In this document: in pieces, positions 28,301 through 41,205 of the stretch
Layout: every line of letters starts with the position of its first letter
Position numbering within the stretch: the stretch's first letter is position 1
Assembly: GCA_051294375.1 (NCBI GenBank)
Contig: CM119271.1
Span: 14,762,770 to 14,826,769, forward strand
DNA from: Paraspadella gotoi
Lineage: Eukaryota; Animalia; Chaetognatha
Direction of reading: 5' to 3'
Length of the DNA stretch: 64,000 nt
Notes under the pieces: model-generated
The model's input: the letters and a program-made list of their open reading frames with translations, nothing else
Told to the model about the DNA's origin: nothing
Database searches by the model: none
Position numbers and translations under genes: made by a program

Positions 28301-31300
28301 AGCCTCCGCCGCTTCCGCCGCTTTAGACTTTTCATTGGCCGCCCACTCGTCCTGACACAAGAGACTGATGCCCGGATCGCTCAATTGGCGCATGCTCTTT
28401 GGCGGCAGGGGTTTAAGGGAATCCTTTTCGCCCTCTTGCTCGTGTCTTTCCTTCTTAAACTTGTATTTGTTCCTAGAGAAGGAAGAATACTTTTCGGTGG
28501 CGTGCTTGTTGTTGCCGTTGCCGGCGGTGGGCGGGGCCGGGCGCGTGGGACTCTTCTGCGTCGCTTTGTCGACTTTGACCACGTTTTTGCGATTGTTGTA
28601 TCGAGTCAGACTCAAGGAGGTTGGCTTCACGAAGGATCCCGTCGTGTTGGTGGCGGAATCCATGAGGGTGACCGCGTCGCTCACGATTGGATGGTGATCA
28701 GCGTCGTCGTAGGATATACTAAAAATAATAAAACATTTTTTAATTAGTGATTATACTGAAATTAAGAAAAACATTTTGTAATTCTGCATATTAAACTTAG
28801 TAAGTATTCTGACGTTATAAAAAGACGTTTCGTAATTTATTAAAGCCAGTGATGACTTACCCAGCCACCTCTCCTTCTTCCTTGACCTTCCGTTCTCTCT
28901 CGACAACCTCATCCGCCTTCCTGGAAGATCTTTCCGCTTCGACCAAACTCTCTCTCTCCGCCTCCCGCTTTGTCACGTTGACCGGGGCCTGGGCGTGGCC
29001 GTTGCCCACGTAGGGCGTGCTTGCGTGGATGCTCTTCATCTGAGCCAACTCTCGGCGATGATGTCGTTCGAGCTCTTGGGCCTTTTCCTGCAATTTCCTT
29101 CTCACGTTCTCGTTGTCCGTCTCGATCTGCGCGATCCCTACGCTGTCCGTTTTTCTCTCGGGGGAGGAATTCTCCGACTTGACCGAGCCCGGTTTCAACG
29201 ACTCGTTCTTTCCGAGCGAAGAAGTGGATGAGGTTCGACTCCTCGGCTTGGAGTTTTCCTTGTTCGATTGAAGGGAAGAGAGAGAATCGAAACTCCCGCG
29301 CCCGGATGTACGAAACTCGGATGTTCGGGAATTGAAGTCGTTCTCGTCCCTGTATCCGTCCAATGACCTCCCTGCGTGGTCCTTCCCCAATTTTTCCACC
29401 AGCCCAGATTGCGGATTATGAATCGGGGATTTGACCAGAGTTCCCGTGCTTATTGTGCTCATGGGCGGCCCGTCCGCGCTCGGTTCTTTGCTCGTCAGCG
29501 GGATTTTTGGCAACTTGCGCCTGCGCCGCGTTCCGTCTGCGGAGGCGCTGCTGGTTGCTGACGTGGCGGATTCTATCGAGCCCGTGGAGCAATCCGAATC
29601 TGGCGTCTTAACGTCTCGCTCTCTCTGACAACTCTCTGCGTGATCTCGAGTAGCGGCCAAGTTGCTTAAAGACAATTCCAACTCTTGCAGCATCGACATT
29701 CCGGAAGTCATGACGTTGTCCGAGGGCGAGGCGCCGTTCTCTCCGACGCGCTTGTTTGACGCAGTGGGGGAAGAGAGAGGCGTGCGCGGTTGATCGAAAC
29801 TTCTCGACTTGGCGCTTCGCCCTCCGGGACCCTCTTCAGTCGACATCATCAACTGACCAGTAAAAGGATTGACCCCGACTCTTGATTTGTTGCCCATCGT
29901 CTCCTCGTCGTCCGACTTGAATGGGTTCACGTCGACCCCGTCCTGTTTGGGAGGAGAACTCACGGATAGATCGCTCAATTTTTGGAGCATGCTGTGAAAG
30001 GACAATCCACCAAGAGTCTCATTTTCCTTCTACTGGGAAAATCTTTTCGGCGAGGTTGGTGGCGTGACTGGAGGGGGTTTGGGAGAAATGGGGGAGAGCG
30101 GATGTTTTACAGACTGAGGATAAAGATTCGGGAAATCTGTGGGAGATGAGGATGTCGGGCTCGATGTGGCGATCGTCTCTGAGTATCTTAAAATTTTGGG
30201 GGATGAGGAGGAAGTGGAAGTGGAAGAATCTAGGGAAAGGTGGCAAGAAAGCGGTGGGCGTGGTGGGCGAGGGGGAACTTTTTCCTCGATCGGAATGTCA
30301 GGAACTGGTTTCTCTTTATTTCTCAGCGGCCGTGGAGGAGTTTTCACTTCTCTCGGCAACTTATCTTGAGTTGGTTCTTTTTGAGCTAACGGCGCGGGTT
30401 CTTTGGTTTTAACCTGATCATCTTTTTCCTTGGCCGAATTGACTTCGCCGTTGTCTTTTTTGTTGAAGCCAAACCCGGCGAACAAGCCCGCGTTTTTAAA
30501 CTTATTGCCCATTTTGTTCATTCCCACCATGAGTGATCCTAATGGCTCTTCAATTTTTTCGCCCATTTTCTCTGAAATATCAAAAGATATTTTAGAGTCT
30601 TTCTCTGACACCTTTTCCTGATTGAGAAGTGGTTTAGACTCGTTGCCGCAACTCAGACCATCGTTTTTACCGAGTACTTCGTTTCTCGCGGAAACGCCGG
30701 CGTACGATATTGCACGCGGTTGCGTTTTAATCTCTAAATCTTTAGCGACTCCGGCCGTTATGGGCTTCAAGTTTTGTATATTTGAATCTGCCGTACCGCA
30801 ACACGATATTGCCTTTGCAATTCCAACGAATGATTGATCATCATAGATGTCTCCCTCGGGTCCGTGCTCATTGGCGTAAATTAATTTGCTCGTGTCTTCG
30901 TGAGAAATATTTTGCAGGGAAGGGTCTTCCTTTCCGCTAAAGCGCTCCGAATGAGGCAAAGAAACTGCGGAAGCGGAACACAGATATTCCCTTGGGAATG
31001 CGTTGTCAGAATTTAGTTTTCTACAACTGGATTCTGGCGAGGTGGAAAGAGCTGCTACCAATGATGCGCTATCCGTCTGTAGGTATAACTCGGGCAATTT
31101 GTCGTCCGTCGGGGGAACGTGCGAACCCCGATTGGTTCCCCTCGCAGATTCCGTCGCATCTTCCGTGAAAGCCTCCGCGGAATAAGTGAGTCCACCCAGT
31201 TTCCTTTCGAGGCTGGAAAAACTTTCCGCCGACGCGGAAAAGGGAATCGAATCTTCGGAATTATCTTGGATGGAGACGTCGTTCTTGGAATGCGTCTTCT

Positions 31301-33990
31301 TGTTATCCTTCAATTTAGGCGGCGATGTCGATCCCCCACCAGCTTCGGAGTAATCGGAGATCGATCTCGCGGCGCTCACGTAATCCGATTGATCGCTGAC
31401 CGAAGAGCGGAATCCGTTGCTGCAATCCGACTGATCGCTCACCGAAGAGCGAATGCCCGTTCTCAAGAATAATTTATCGTCTTCTTTGAAATCGCTGACT
31501 GCCTCGGATTCGTAAGCTTCGTCGTTATCTTCCGAATATTTTCCTTCAGTACTGATGTTGGAGAGGCTCTCTAAACTGGGAACTCTTTTGAAGGAATTCT
31601 CGTCGTCCGCTTCTGATTTGGCGGGAATTTTCGGCGCCAAATTGGAAGATTGATTCGATTGAATCTGCTCCTTGCTCCCATTCTCCGCTTTACTTCCCAT
31701 CAACGCGTTGACCACGTCCATTCTAGCTCCTTCGACCTTGGACCCCTTTTCGGACAAAAACATTCCCAAACGAATACCTAATTGTGAGATATCATCACTG
31801 GCTTCAGCTCTTCTTAATTTGGATAAACCGAAAGATTTGAGGAAATCTTCGTCGGATTCGTTAGATTTAGGATTTTTATTATCGAAACCATTGTTGCTGT
31901 CTTGAGATTTGTGAAGATCCTTATTCTCGACGACCGAATTCTCGGATTTAGGTTTGCTCTCCTCGATGGCTCTGGCGAAGGCGCCGTCGATATCGGGATC
32001 CTCTTCCTCCAACTCGCTCGTCTCCTCGGCGTCATCGTCGGCTTCCTCCGTGGCGCCGCTTCCGTCGCTGTCGTAATCCTCCCTCGAACCTTTGGTCGCC
32101 GGAACTCTCTTCGGCCCAATCTCCCCGTCCACCGAGGTCTTTCTCGACATCTCGAGCAACTCCTCTTGAGCGGCTTCTTCTAACGAAGGAGAGACGTCCA
32201 TGATGGGCGACAACTCATTGACGGGAGACCAGTCCGACGTCACCGAAGGAGGTTTGATCTTCGGTCGACGCAAAGCGGCCAATTCTTCGTTTTGAAGACA
32301 TTCGTCGTCGAAACTGAATTCATTTTTAAAAACGGAATCGTTGATTTCCGAAATATCGAGAGGCGATGAATTGTCGGAATTATCGAAAACTTCAGATTCG
32401 CTCGAATTCAATCTCTCATCATCATTCGGTAAATTTAAATTCTCCTTCGCTTCCTCTTTCCTTTCCACTCCCATAGGCTCGGGCGCCTGATTATCCACGA
32501 CGCTCGATTTATTATCAGTCTCCGTTTTGCCGATGATATTGGAATTCGTCTGCTGAATAAAACTGACGACGTTTTTCACCGAGGACACTTCCTGAGTTCG
32601 AGAAGACAACGTCGTGCGAATGAGTGAATCGGAAGTGAGAGACTTGAGCGTTTCGGCTCCGCTGGAGATTGAGGCGACGAAATTTCCAAAACTAGCCAAA
32701 CCTCGACTTTCATTTTGTGAGGATTTCGTCGTTGGGTTTTTACTCAAAGGGGATTCGGTATTTTTGTTTGAGGGAGTAACTTTGTTTTTGGTCGTGGGAA
32801 TATTCGTTGCGTTGGTTACAGGAGGAATTTGGTTACCGGTTGGTGTAGGAACTGTGATTTTAAGTGTGGTTTTGGTAGATAGGGTATCGCTATTTTTAGT
32901 GGACACTGGTGCGGAGCTCTTTGTCGAGGGGACCGGAGTTATTTGGCTGGTTTTGGTCGTTGGTTGCGACACAAGAGAAACATTTTTATTCGTGACTGGA
33001 GGAGCGTTTTGGGATGTGGACAATGAACTCTTATCCGTGATTGGAGGTGAAGAAGTCGACGAGTATGAAGTATTTTTATTGTTTTTATTCATTTTAAAAG
33101 TTTCCTCTTCAATATTTGAAGTGTCAGTTTTGGTCTTCATTAATTTCGCAGAGTGATTGTCGTTTTTTGTCCCAACGGTTCCGCCACTCGGCAAAGGCTC
33201 CGAAATCTTCTCATCATTGGCCGAGACATTTCCAGCCCTCGCGATCGAAGACGTCGCCGAATCGGAGGATTTCCCCATCAACTCGTCGCTGAGATCTTTC
33301 TCCGTCAAAGATCTCACATCCTCGAAGACCTTCTCCGGCGAAACGAGGCTTCGCTCCGCCTCATCTCCGCCCACCGGATTGGAGGGTCTTTCCGGCGCCG
33401 AGAGTATCTTGCTCGGGCCGGATTTTCGATGCCCCTTGCTCCGGCTTCGATGATGCGAGGACTCTCCTCCGGTTTGAGTCTCGCAAGTCATGGGTTTTAT
33501 GATTATTGAGGATTGGCGACTCTGCAAGGATTTGGCCCGTTGCATGACGGAGGCGATGTGATTGATCTCTTCTTCCGTCAGGTGACCCATGTCGGGTCCC
33601 TCGTTGCCCGGAGGAGGCGGCGCCGGCGCCCTTTCTCCGTCGGCTCCGGATGACGAGGGAGTCGGGCCGACATTGTCGGACGCCTCTTGATTGGCGAAGC
33701 CGGACGATGAGCCGACGAAACCGCCGACGAGACCGCCGATTCTGCCGGAGGATCCGAATTGAGCGGAACCTCGACGAATCAAGTTGGAGGCGCTGACGGA
33801 GGCGGTGACGCTATCGAGTGCCCCGCCCACCGTGGAAGAGAGCGAGCCAAAGGCGGCACGGTTCGGGGATTTGGGTCTGTCGGAGTCGGCGCCGCCGGGA
33901 TTGGGCGACTCTCGCGACGGGCTCCGTCCGGCTTTGGGTGAACCGCTCGAAGGAGCGCTAAGCATGTCGTTGAAAAATGTCCAACTCGGC

Positions 33991-33992
<2 letters not shown>
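25309..33992 (-). CDS. Piccolo/Fife/Clarinet/RIM-family presynaptic active-zone scaffold. Coding blocks 33992-28861 (in-frame TAG at 30032-30030), 28718-25970 and 25614-25309
   Basis: N-terminal RIM/Piccolo-type helix PDMGHLTEEEINHIASVMQRAK, long low-complexity linker, coiled coil, PDZ ([32 protein letters not shown]) and C2 (NPFVK|VYLLPGR..KRRTK..LNPEWNQT..VWNYDRFKPNDFLGEV). Confidence 0.8.
25786..25922. repeat. Dispersed repeat, truncated copy in the last intron of the Piccolo-like gene
   Basis: GCAGGGACCTGCTATGTCATTATCTTGTAAGA..CCAATTTCAT is shared with 37-293. Confidence 0.85.
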
Positions 33993-34024
<32 letters not shown>

Positions 34025-34969
34025 GGGATGAGGGATATCAAGACAAAGGTTTGGTCATATTCGCCAGTGAGTCAGTGAAACTCGCCGATTGGATCAATGA
34101 CGATATAAACAGCAAAAAAGCCTATTTATTATTTAAGCAGTATAATCGGGAATGTGTTTGTTATAAATTTAGGAGTACATTTTTTGCTTCCTGTGGAAAT
34201 AATAATAATAAAAAAAGAAGAAAAATATGTCGTGAAATTGGTCATTTAAACAAGGATTTGTTTCATTTATAAATGATGTATGAAACACTAATAGTAAACG
34301 AAAACACTATTACGCTTCGATGATGTAAAAGATAGTTACTTAGTACCATTTTAATTGAGATTCTTCTTTTTGTAAACAAAGAGTAATTGTTTAAGCGTTA
34401 TTCATTTGAATGTATGAACCAGCGAAACAGATTAAGTCGCAAACAATGAATAACAATACTGTAACGATTGCAGTATCCGTAACAAAAAAAGTTGTTATAT
34501 TTCATACGCTCTATTTAAACTCAAAATAATTTACCTATATTTAGAAATATGTGTTATATAGGAAATTCAAGTTAATTGCATCAAAAATTATCAAACGTTA
34601 CATTGCATTGCAATGCACACTAGGAAAAATTCATTGTAAATGTGAAATAAAACTGTTATAACATTTATTATATTTTCCACGTCATGAAAATATCAAGGAG
34701 ATAAACTATATCTTTCCAGGAATTAAAATAAGAGTGAGTATTGAATTGGTTCCTAAACCATTCATTTCAATTCAAGTCTCAACTTTACAAACTCATACAT
34801 ACTTTTTATTTTTGAAAGTAATGGAACGACATCTGGTAAGGTCATCTCCCTTTCGGATGATCCATCGGTCTATAAAGACGAATCAACAGCTCGCCCACCT
34901 TCACATCACGTCAAAACAAAAGACCAAAAAATTCGAAACAAAAAAACAACAATCAAAATAACAACGGGG

Positions 34970-36612
34970 TCAATAGGTGGCGTTAAATTTGCTCTTGGAC
35001 AAAGCCTTCATCCTCATGAAAAACATGACCCTCGTCTTGGACCGGATGTAAGCGACGGCGGACATCCGGTTGGACCCTTCGTAAAACATCAAGTCCGTCG
35101 TCAGAAAATGGGGGAAGTTTCGTTTGAGGAAATTCTCCAACTGAGAGTAGAAGATGTCTTTGGCCGAGGCTTCTTTGGCGGAGACGAAGCCGAGGTCGAA
35201 GCAAGTCTGACTGATGACCTTCACCACGTCGTATAAGAGAGAACTGGGGAATGAGGGATGGAGTATTTGGATAAGATGAGATGGAATAAGATGGAGATGG
35301 AATCAATAGAGGAACTTAATTTAAGCGATAAAACAAACATAAAAAATCTTAAAAGTATTGTGATCTCGCCACACTTAATGAAAAAATCATAAAAGCTCAA
35401 TGTATTCGATTTTCCCTTCTTGATTTGGAACACTCGAGTTATCTATTAAACCGCTTGATCGATTTTGATAAAATTTATACACATCGATTCGTTTTTTAAA
35501 AGACTTTATTTTTCTTATGAAATTGGTACAACCAATATAAAAATTATATTATTATTATTATATAATTTTTAAAATTATTTTTATGGAGCATCTGGAATTT
35601 AAAGTTATAAAGTGGCGCATAATCCAATTGTAATTAATTTCCATTTCCTCATCCCACACCTGAGCAACTTATTTGCGGCGCTCCCCTTGGTAAGCGATTG
35701 TTCCAACGGAAATTCTCTGACGGCGTCGATTTTCGCCTGAGTCGCCGATGTCATCGTCATTTCCATTGACGCGGCGTCGTTTAGCGTCAAAACGGCGCCA
35801 TGATTCGAGGACGGCCCGGCATCGAGTAATCTAGTCCGCGCCGTGGGCGACGAAGACGTCTCGGCGCCGTTGGACCCGTAAAAGAAATTAGAGGCGGAAT
35901 CGTTCGTCGACGTCGGTTGAGGATCTTCGACCCAAACGTCGTCGTCGAGGGCGTCGTCGTCCGTCTCAGCGCCGCCGCCGACGACGCCGCCGCCATCCGC
36001 GGCAACGTCCACCTTTACGACCGGCGCCTCCTCGTCGCCCAATTGACGCCGCTGATTGGAAGACAATTTTATTTCCTCCGTGTCGCCAGCGGCGCTGGTG
36101 GCGGCGCTGTTGGCGACTCCGGTGGCGCCGCGATCCGCGGGCGAACAGTTTTCGGAAGAGCGCCGGATTTTAAATGAAGGCGGCGAGGCGGCGGCGCCGC
36201 CGGAAAAGTCGATGAGTCGGTCGCGTCTATGATCGAGACTTCGCTTTCGACGCGATCGGTGGACGGAGGCGTCGCCGGCGCCGTTGGAAGAAAGAAAAGA
36301 CGGAGCGGCGCCGGTCTGTTCCTGGTGAAGATGACGGTGTTGTTGAAAGAGAGGTTGGTTGCGGACGCTGGAAATGGACGGATCGACGACGAGCTCGACG
36401 TCGTCGCCGACCGGCGCCAAGTCTCCGCGGGCGTAGAGGTCGCAGAGGTGGCGCTTGCCCGTGAAGCGACGTCCCTCGCGAGTCTCCACCAAGACGAAGA
36501 TGTTGGCGTCGGTGAGGGAGCCGATCTTCATCGCCGCCTCCATCAACACCGTCGCGAAGGAATACTCTAGACTCTGAAGGTGGCTCACCAACTCCATCAA
36601 GTTCGTCGACAT
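34970..36612 (-). CDS. Tandem family paralogue A (MADS-like N-domain plus unknown helical C-domain), 2 exons (36612-35660, 35243-34970)
   Basis: N-domain aligns with the three neighbouring paralogues; the phase-2 splice gives NKLLSSLLYDVVK, matching NRLSTSACYEFGK. Confidence 0.8.
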
Positions 36613-37263
36613 CCTTTATTGTTTTTTTTTTTTAGTGTCACGCGAATTTTGAGAAAGAGAGAAAACAAGAGAAGAGGCTTGGATAACAGGCTTGGATAAC
36701 AGGCTTGGATAAAAACCAATTATGAAAAAAAATTATTGTAACCGATTGGTGGATGATTGGGGAGCGGGAGCGGGAGCGGGAAAGCAAAAAAAAATAAGGG
36801 GGGGGGGAGGAAAGATGAGAAAGATAAAAATTTGGAAGCAGCGAAGGAGAACGAATTTCATCGGACCAGAAAAAAAAATAAATTTGGGAGAAATTAGATT
36901 TATAGTCGCAATAAATTCTACGATGCTAAATTGGATCAAAACAAATTCTCCTTTAGAAAGGAAAAAAAAAACCCGTAAGATTTAAATAGATGAATTTAAA
37001 AAAACAAAAAAAATGATAATCAAATCCGATAATTTTCAAACTGGAAAGATCGAAATCAAACAAACTAAGGGCGCTACTACGTTAATTTCGAAACTACGCC
37101 ATCTTTTTCGGACGAAAGTCATGAACGACAAAATATAACAAAATATAATTCGTTATGATAATAGAAATTGTCAATAAATTAATTCTTCCTCTTCGGGGAA
37201 AAAGGAAATCAAACGGGGAGGCAACGACCGCTCGACGCTTATCTCGCGGAACTCAAGTTTCGA

Positions 37264-37518
37264 GGGGATGATGTCGAAGGGGAGGGGATGATGTCGGAGG
37301 GGAGGGACGATGATGTAGAAGGGGAGGGGATGATGTAGTAAGAAATGATGTAGAAGGGGATGGGGATGATGTAGAAGGGGGAGGGATGATTGAGTAGGGG
37401 AAGGGAAAGATGTAGAAGGGGGTGGGGATGATGTAGAAGGGGAGGGGATGATGTAGTAGGGGATGATGTAAAAGGGGAGGGGATGATGTAAAAGGGGTAG
37501 GGATGATGTAGAAAGGGG
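37264..37518. repeat. Purine-rich minisatellite (~20-bp unit GGGATGATGTAGAAGGGGAG, about a dozen degenerate copies)
   Basis: Directly visible between paralogues B and A. Confidence 0.9.
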
Positions 37519-37599
37519 CGGGTCAATTTCACCTCAATATGCAAACTCCCCTTTAAGAAACGTGAAAATAAAACCAGATTCAATTGTTTTTCACGTCAC

Positions 37600-37637
<38 letters not shown>

Positions 37638-37639
<2 letters not shown>

Positions 37640-39481
37640 ACCGCGCCGGGTTCTTCTTCATTCCCCTGCAGGTGTAGCCCGACCGCGCGGCCTTCCGCAG
37701 CATTCCCATGAAGGAAAACTGAGTCCCTCTCTCGGGATTCCCGTTGGGGATCATCACGTTCAAAAACTTGGCGAGATTTTGGAATTGAAGGATCCACCGA
37801 TCGAAGTTGGCTTTGAGGAAGTTCTTGGAGGTCTCTTCCGTCACGTCGGGCGGGCGAAACTCGGCGAGCCCTTTGCCGAAGTCGTAGCAGACGGAGACGG
37901 CGAGGCGGTTCTGTACGCTGCCCTTCATGTAGACCGATGGGTCGGACACGGCGGAGAAGGCGACCTTTTATTAACAAAAACTTTGTTAAATTATTCATTA
38001 AATATAAACCACAAACAAAGACAATCATTTAACATTGTCAAGCACAAGGCAATGGACTCGATATCACATGAATTGATTCACAAATTAATTAATGTCTTTC
38101 GTCTAATCTAAATGTTTATCTCACCAATTTCGTTTCCGAGATTCGCGCCTGCACTCGATTAACCACATCGTCCCATCCCACGACTCCGTCATCGCCGGCC
38201 CTCAATTCAGCCGGCCAATCGACGGCCTCTTCGAGTCCCGACGCCGCCGTCAAAAGACCCGAAGCCGTCGACGCCGCTTCGTCAGCGTCGAGAGAGACGA
38301 GGGGAATGTCGCCGACGCCGACCGACGCCGGTTCAGTCTTGCATCCTTCCTCGGCGCCTCTGGAGCGTTTGGCCGGGGAGAGAGAGTTGTCGGCCATGGT
38401 TCGATCGTTGTGTCTTTTCCCGTTTCTGGAGGAAGAGGGCGACGGGCCGTTCCATCGACGGACGCCGCGAGGAGGAACGAAGGCGCGGAACGAGTCGTCG
38501 AAGATCGTCTCCGTCACGTCGCCGAAGGGGAAGCGTTCGTGGAGAGCGGAGATGGAAGGGTCGATCTCGTACTCGACGTCCGTCGACTACGGAAATAAAA
38601 AAAAACATAGCGCATAAAATGACTGGAAATCGAATTAGCATATTGCAGTCAACGAAGTTCTTGTAAAAGAAAAACATATTCGTTTGAATTACATCGATGC
38701 TTTTCAAAAATTGATGACGTAAAAAAACTAATCGCTACAGGATTGAGAGAAAATTTGGGAGTTTTAAATCTTTGACGCAGTAGGGGAGAACCTTTGTCAT
38801 AGGGACCGGATTGAAAATTTTAAAAAGAAAAGAAGGAAAACGAGATAAAGCTATAAAGCTATACTAAATTAGATAGACGTACTGCAAATTTCACTGAGTC
38901 GTCTGTAATGTGATGTCATCGCTTTGATGTGAAATATTTGCTTAAGCATTTATAAAATGTTCGTCTTGAGGCGACTTACCACCGGTCTTTCTCTCTAAAC
39001 CCTTCCTCTCTCCTCTTTCTCCGAGCCGGTCTATCCACACGGTCACTTTGCCCTAGCTTTGGCAATGACCTTAGATTGACCGGTGGTAAGTCGCCTCAGT
39101 CTTTGCATTAATTATAACTAGTAAGATTTATTTAAACATAGTTGATATTACTATTAAATATTTAATTAATTCTGGCAAAATCTTAGTATGTAAAAAAAAA
39201 AATCGTAAGATTTCAAACGCAATCTTGAAGCTGTTAATGGGTTCATCAAATTGACTTTCCGTTCCACTCACGTGAGCGGCCAGAGATCCGTTGAGGTAAG
39301 AATCACAAAGATGTCGCTTCCCCGAAAACTTCCTCCCTTGCGGCGTCTCGATGAGGAAGAAGATGTTAGCGTCGGTGAGGTTGCTCAACTTCATCGCCGC
39401 CTCCATGAGGACAGAGGCGAAGGAGAGTTCCATGCTTTGTATCTGATTGACGAGACCGAGAAGACTAGAGGCCGACGCCAT
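37638..39481 (-). CDS. Tandem family paralogue B, 3 exons (39481-39272, 38586-38125, 37964-37638)
   Basis: Phase-0 introns join SLAAH|STDVEYEIDPSISAL and ETKL|VAFSAVSDPSVYMKGSVQNRL; both domains align with paralogues C and D. Confidence 0.85.
38967..39098. mobile_element. 132-bp MITE with perfect 21-bp TIRs and a 4-bp target-site duplication (GTCT)
   Basis: TGAGGCGACTTACCACCGGTC (38967-38987) and its exact reverse complement (39078-39098); GTCT at 38963-38966 and 39099-39102. Confidence 0.85.
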
Positions 39482-39855
39482 CACGAAAAGGGGGGGAGGG
39501 AAGAGATGAGGGAGAGGGGAAGAGTCTAACGTTGGCTGAGAAAAATAGAAAAAAAAAAGAGGAGATGGAGTCAAATGGGAGTCGATGGGGCTTAATCTCG
39601 AAATTGGGGGAAACAAAAAACATCACAGAGGAAACATCGGGAGATTGGAAAGGAAAAAAAAAACTTAATCTCTTGTGAAGACGGAGCTCCAATTTTAAGG
39701 AAACAACAAAGAGATATTATTTGGTATAACTTTCGACAAATGATGTTCACACACTCGCAAGATAAAAAAATAATAATTACATCTCAGCACGAAAGAATCA
39801 ATCAATCAATACATGGACTAAAAGAGGGAGATATACACACACCGATATGTTCACG

Positions 39856-40896
39856 TCATTGACTTTGACTAGTTCGGTTCGTTTTTTTATTAATTCTCTG
39901 AAAATACGCGGCTCTCGCGCACTGACGCAGTAGACCCAAAAAAGTAAAAGTCTGCCCTCCCTCGGGCCGCCCGTTGGGAATGCTCGTCGAAAAGAAATCG
40001 GACAAATTGGCAAACTGCGAAACCCATTGCTCGAAGCTGACGTTAAAAAACTTTCGATAGTGGACGGCCTCCAAGTCGAGGGGTCGATATTCGGCCAGCA
40101 TTTTGCCAAACTCGTAGCAGGCTGACGTGGAGAGCCGGTTCTCGGAGGTGCCTCGCGTGCAGGCAATCTCGCCAGAGATATTTCTCATCGTCTCCAACTT
40201 TTCGGCGGAGAGTTTCGAGTTGACGGTCGAGATGATCTCCTCGACGTCGAATGAAGGAAGAGGCGATTGGAGGAAGGAGGAAGCGAAGCGATGGGACGTC
40301 AACGAAGTTCGATGTCTTTGGTTTTTGGATGCGCACGCGCGTTTAGTTATTTTTTTGGGGTGATCCCTACCGTCGCCGTCGGGTAATAGCACGGCAGTGT
40401 CAGGATCGGATAAACCATTTTCGATCTTGACAGGTGGCACAGTGGCGAAAGTTTGGGATTTAAGTAAAGTGTTATCGAATTTCAATCGTTTTGTCTTGGA
40501 ATAAGAAGGAGGACCAGGATAACTACCAGTAATTCTCTGCACTGGTTCTACCCCTAACACAGTTCCTTCTAAAGAAGAAAATGAGGCATCAGACCCCGAC
40601 CTTTTCTCGACCCCGTCATGATCGAAAAATGGTCTGGGACGCAAGGCCGTCACGGAATTGTCAATATTGTACTCTACGTCGTTTCCAATGGGACCGAGGT
40701 TTCCCCGGATGTAATCGTCGCACAAATGACGTTTGCCGACAAATTTTCTCCCTTCCTGCGTCTCGATGAGAAGAAATATTTTGGTGTCGGTCAAACTGCT
40801 CAACCTGATGGCCATCTCCATCAGAATGGAGGTGATGGAGTGTTCCAGATTTTGAAGTTGAGTGACGAGACCGAGAAGACTGGAGGTCGACGCCAT
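39856..40896 (-). CDS. Tandem family paralogue C, intronless
   Basis: Uninterrupted ORF from MASTSSLLGLV; both domains are highly similar to paralogue D. Confidence 0.85.
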   Translation of the reverse strand: MASTSSLLGLVTQLQNLEHSITSILMEMAIRLSSLTDTKIFLLIETQEGRKFVGKRHLCDDYIRGNLGPIGNDVEYNIDNSVTALRPRPFFDHDGVEKRSGSDASFSSLEGTVLGVEPVQRITGSYPGPPSYSKTKRLKFDNTLLKSQTFATVPPVKIENGLSDPDTAVLLPDGDGRDHPKKITKRACASKNQRHRTSLTSHRFASSFLQSPLPSFDVEEIISTVNSKLSAEKLETMRNISGEIACTRGTSENRLSTSACYEFGKMLAEYRPLDLEAVHYRKFFNVSFEQWVSQFANLSDFFSTSIPNGRPEGGQTFTFLGLLRQCARAAYFQRINKKTNRTSQSQ

Positions 40897-41205
40897 TTCT
40901 ATTCGACTGAAACAGCAATGAGTGAATAAAATAAATTGTAATCGCAATAAATGAATAAACTTCTTGAGTATTCATTTAAACTAAGTATTGAAAAAAAAAG
41001 TTAGCTCGGGGCTATGGATTTGGCTGAGGTATGGCAAAAAGTTCATTATGACAATATGAAAGGGAAATGGGGTAGAATTCCAGCAACAAAAAATAAAAAT
41101 GTAATAAAAAATCAATTGAAAAAAGTAGTGACTCCATCTGACTGAGAAAAAAATCGTGTTTAAATAACAAGAATGGGTTTAGAAGATAATTTAAAAAATT
41201 TTACA

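Noticed and set aside
27398-28747. Long plus-strand ORFs (for example 27398-28747, 18189-19148, 5537-6307, 63168-63998)
   Set aside because: They are antisense shadows of GC-rich minus-strand exons with no recognisable domains and boundaries that track the real exons.
33991-34023. Poly-Met ORF from an (ATG)n tract
   Set aside because: It is a simple trinucleotide microsatellite just upstream of the Piccolo-like start codon on the opposite strand.
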